Shown piece after piece: positions 61,129 to 64,000 of a stretch of 64,000 bases of DNA (positions are counted from its first letter, which is position 1; each line of letters begins with the position of its first letter). A program made the translations under genes and the position numbers. The notes below the pieces were generated by a model. The model searched no databases and had not been told where the DNA came from. It was given only the letters and a program-made list of their open reading frames with translations. The DNA comes from Enoplolaimus lenunculus (lineage: Eukaryota), in contig JASANG010002792.1 of the NCBI GenBank assembly GCA_030248215.1, forward strand, positions 186,001 to 250,000, in the 5' to 3' direction.

Positions 61129-63977
61129 ACGAGGCTCCAGCTGAAATTGTTCAAAATGTTGCAACGTCGTTTGACCGCTGTGAAAGTGCTCTACAGAAGT
61201 TAACATCTTTGCGTTCAGTGTTGCAAAACGTTACTACAGGTGATTGTCTGCGAATATGTTAGGTGTTTATTAGGTGCTTAGTTCAGGCTACCAGGGTCGA
61301 ATCGCAACAAATCTTCATCCGGTGTCAGGCCAGGTTGGAACCGGGACTTAGACTTTTAACTGAACAGCTGGAAAAGCGAGTTACGGTTGATGTCGAACTA
61401 GCGACTTTCTGCGTGTTGCGTGTCAGGCAGACGCTGTTCTGCGCCACGTAGCCCGTCTCTTCATCTACTATTATGGCCGACTATATATGTCGACTGTATG
61501 CTGTCTGTAAGCATACTATGCAATGTGGATTGCATTTATTGCGTATGCACCAGAACAATGTACCGTTGCGTCCATGGAGTAGCTAGCCCCATGTCAGTCT
61601 GGGTCGGAACCGAAACGTCAGACCATTTTTAACTGTGTAGCTGTAAAAGAGGATTACGGGTGGTTTCGAACTAGCGACCTTCTGCGTGTCATGCAGACGC
61701 GTTACCACGGCGCCACTAGCGCGCTTCTCCAACCACTAATGTAGTCTACTATATATGTCGACCGTATGCTGCGGGCAAGCATACTATGCCATGTGCATTG
61801 CATATATTGCATATGTACCAGGACAAGCACGTCTCACATGCTTACATCGGGCTCTTTTACCTATTTAATATAGCCGGATATTTATGGCTAAAAAGTATAA
61901 GAAAAGACCATGTTATTTAAATATTTCGCAATGAGAAATATAAACAACCGTTGAAATCGTACGTTCTGTGAATATTTATTTGAGTGTCGAATGGCAAATC
62001 AACGATTAACACTGAAGGTATAAATAAGCACTACTCTCCGTTGAAGAAAGGGCTTGGCTTGAAAATGGAACCTGCTTCAGCTGTGGACAAAGAAGGTAGC
62101 CATGTTATTGCTGAACTGAAAATATGTATTTCGTTATAGATTCAAGGTCTATGTTAGAAAATAACTCTTGCTGTCTGGGAAAATTTTTAACTAAAACTTT
62201 TTCAGTTTTTTTCAACCCAACTCAGTCATTTGGTATGCAAATACATAATATAGACGTTTATTGTACATCTTTGATATATTAGCTGGGTTTATGTACGGGA
62301 ATTGAGTTAAGTGTAGTTTTTGACACAGTTCTCCGAAAAATGCCAAAGCTACATAAGGCTTTCGAGCATAGTTCAGGAAATTTTTTTATTTTTTAACTTC
62401 AATTTTGGGCCAGCGAACTTGAATCATATGTACACAATACAGCTTGTAATTCCTAATTGAGAGCTGGGCAGTGCTACGATTCTGTTGGTTACCAGTCGTA
62501 GTGGGACTACATGTATTGAGCGAAGCTCGATTACACTTAAGCAACTAAGCTAATATGCAAATTACTTTTCAGCTAACTATTCAGTTATCGGTTTTGGAGA
62601 TTTGTGAATAATTTATTTAGATTCCTCGCACCCAAAAAACCTTCAGTAACCCTAAAAATTAGTGAAATATTGCAAGAAGCCCTAATTTAAACTTATCAAA
62701 TATGCTGATATGCTAATTAGCTATTAGCTAGCTATTGAATTATCGGTTTTGAAGGTTTGTAGACAATTTGTTTAGGTTTCTCGTGCCCAAAAACCCTTAA
62801 TTGCTGAAATTAGATTGCTTTTAACCATAATAATTAGTGAAATATTGTAAAAAGTCCTAATTTAGGATAATCAGTTATGCTAATATGCAAATTTGCTATT
62901 AGTTAACAATTCAATTATCGGTTTTAATGATCAGGGGCTATCTATCCTACTGAAACAATATATGATTGCGACCGTTCTGATGTGTTCCATCTTTATCCTT
63001 GGTTTGAACAAATAACAGTCCGAAACATTAACGCTTTTGTTATGTTTGTATTTTTCGAAAAAATATCTTATATTTGAAACGACTGTTTCAGCTACAGAAG
63101 TAAAGAAATCGGTTCCAAACCTCTTTAGCGCACAGACAAGCGGAGAAAAATCGAAACAACAGACGCTAAAAATGGCAGGTCTGAGCTTTTGTTGAATGCG
63201 TTTACCAATTTTTTTTAGAAATTTACATTAAGAGCAGCTGTTTTCGTATAACGTTTGGCAACATGTGGAGCCTTTAACTGCTGATGTATGACGGCAAACC
63301 TGTTGCACACACAGAGTTATTTCACCTATCTTGTAGAAGTAGAGACCATAAAAATATCGTGACTACACGTTTGAGGGTGTTAGTATGCTTCTATATTTTT
63401 GGTCACATAGCTTTAGGTCGCCAAGGTAAAAGCATACATGTGAATAATAACTCTTATTCAGTTTTGTGAGGCGCAAGGATTATCGGTTGCGGTTCTATTT
63501 GTACTGTAATTATTTTTATTTATATTTATAGAAAACATGCAAAAGACAATTTCGGCCAGCTCTGCTAGTCCAGTGGTTTCGGCAGGACCTACGTCTGGAG
63601 TAAATGATGAAGTTATAAATGAAACAAAACAATTACTCAAAAAAGGTACACGGTTTGAATAGTCGCTTAGGTATAACAATTGATACAATCGTTCATCACC
63701 TTTGTGTTATTCTAAACGATCTAAAACCTCTTTGTTTTTGAATATAGTATTTCCAGATGACATACAAAATAATATTTTCTGCGTAATAATTTAAACTCAT
63801 GTAATAATTGCTCAGACCGTCCTAGCGAGCTTTTTTAACATCGAAGATATTTTTGTCATGTACCACGTTTTTGTAATGTTTTAGCTGCAGAAGTAAAGAA
63901 ACCACTACCAGCTTCAAATCTGTCTAAGCCTCAGACTAGTGGAGAAAAATCGAAACAAGTGATACCTAAAGTAGCAG
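61129..63977 (+). CDS. Downstream phase-1 exons of the zinc-finger gene (intact in the third copy of the triplicated block); gene continues beyond the window
   Basis: Open symmetric phase 1-1 exons: 61129-61239 (DEAPAEIVQNV...LQNVTT), possibly 61985-62095 (weak GAG acceptor), 63092-63178, 63532-63645 and 63885-63977. The homologous exons in the first copy (from 52282) are broken by single-base deletions. Confidence 0.55.
61651..61724 (-). pseudogene. tRNA-Val-derived pseudogene or SINE-like cassette (also at 57791-57864 on +, with a second tandem unit at about 61380-61455 / 58062-58135)
   Basis: tggcgccgtggtaacgc-g-tctgc-atGACac-gcaga-aggtc-gctag-ttcgaaa-cc. The D arm and anticodon arm pair; the T stem and acceptor stem are broken. 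Confidence 0.6.
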
Positions 63978-64000
63978 GTCTGTTTTTCACTGGTTGAAAC

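Larger units (their letters stand above)
50340..64000. repeat. Forward/inverted/forward triplication of an approximately 4-kb block
   Basis: Copy A (+) about 50340-54465; copy B (-) about 55510-60160; copy C (+) about 60217-64000. Near-identical ORFs occur on opposite strands (51053/59431, 58253/61080, 57883/61420). A/C-rich junk sits at the junctions. Confidence 0.93.

Overview
Eukaryotic, AT-rich, intron- and repeat-rich DNA, most likely from a nematode. The evidence is TTAGGC/GCCTAA telomere-type tracts, a nematode-type fukutin-like gene and unpaired splice acceptors just upstream of start codons; the taxon is an inference. Three spliced genes can be rebuilt by hand. (1) A complete 13-exon ethanolamine-phosphate cytidylyltransferase (PCYT2/ECT, + strand, 1972-14581, 382 aa) with a candidate 24-nt cassette micro-exon in the inter-domain linker. 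(2) A complete 9-exon fukutin/LicD-family type II membrane phosphotransferase (- strand, 38169-23002, 465 aa, one GC-AG intron), convergent with PCYT2. This puts a CDP-alcohol donor synthase next to a CDP-alcohol:glycan transferase, which is the most interesting hypothesis here. (3) A C2H2 (matrin/U1-like) zinc-finger gene (+ strand, from about 45561) that runs off the window. Its 3' part lies in a forward/inverted/forward triplication (about 50.3-64 kb) that looks like a fold-back amplification or assembly artefact. Introns and spacers hold many non-autonomous DNA transposons (piggyBac-type with an embedded tRNA-derived cassette, Harbinger, hAT, Tc2/pogo-type, CACTA, Helentron/DINE-1-like) plus 18-, 28- and about 35-bp tandem repeats. 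All calls come from reading the sequence by eye; no searches were run.
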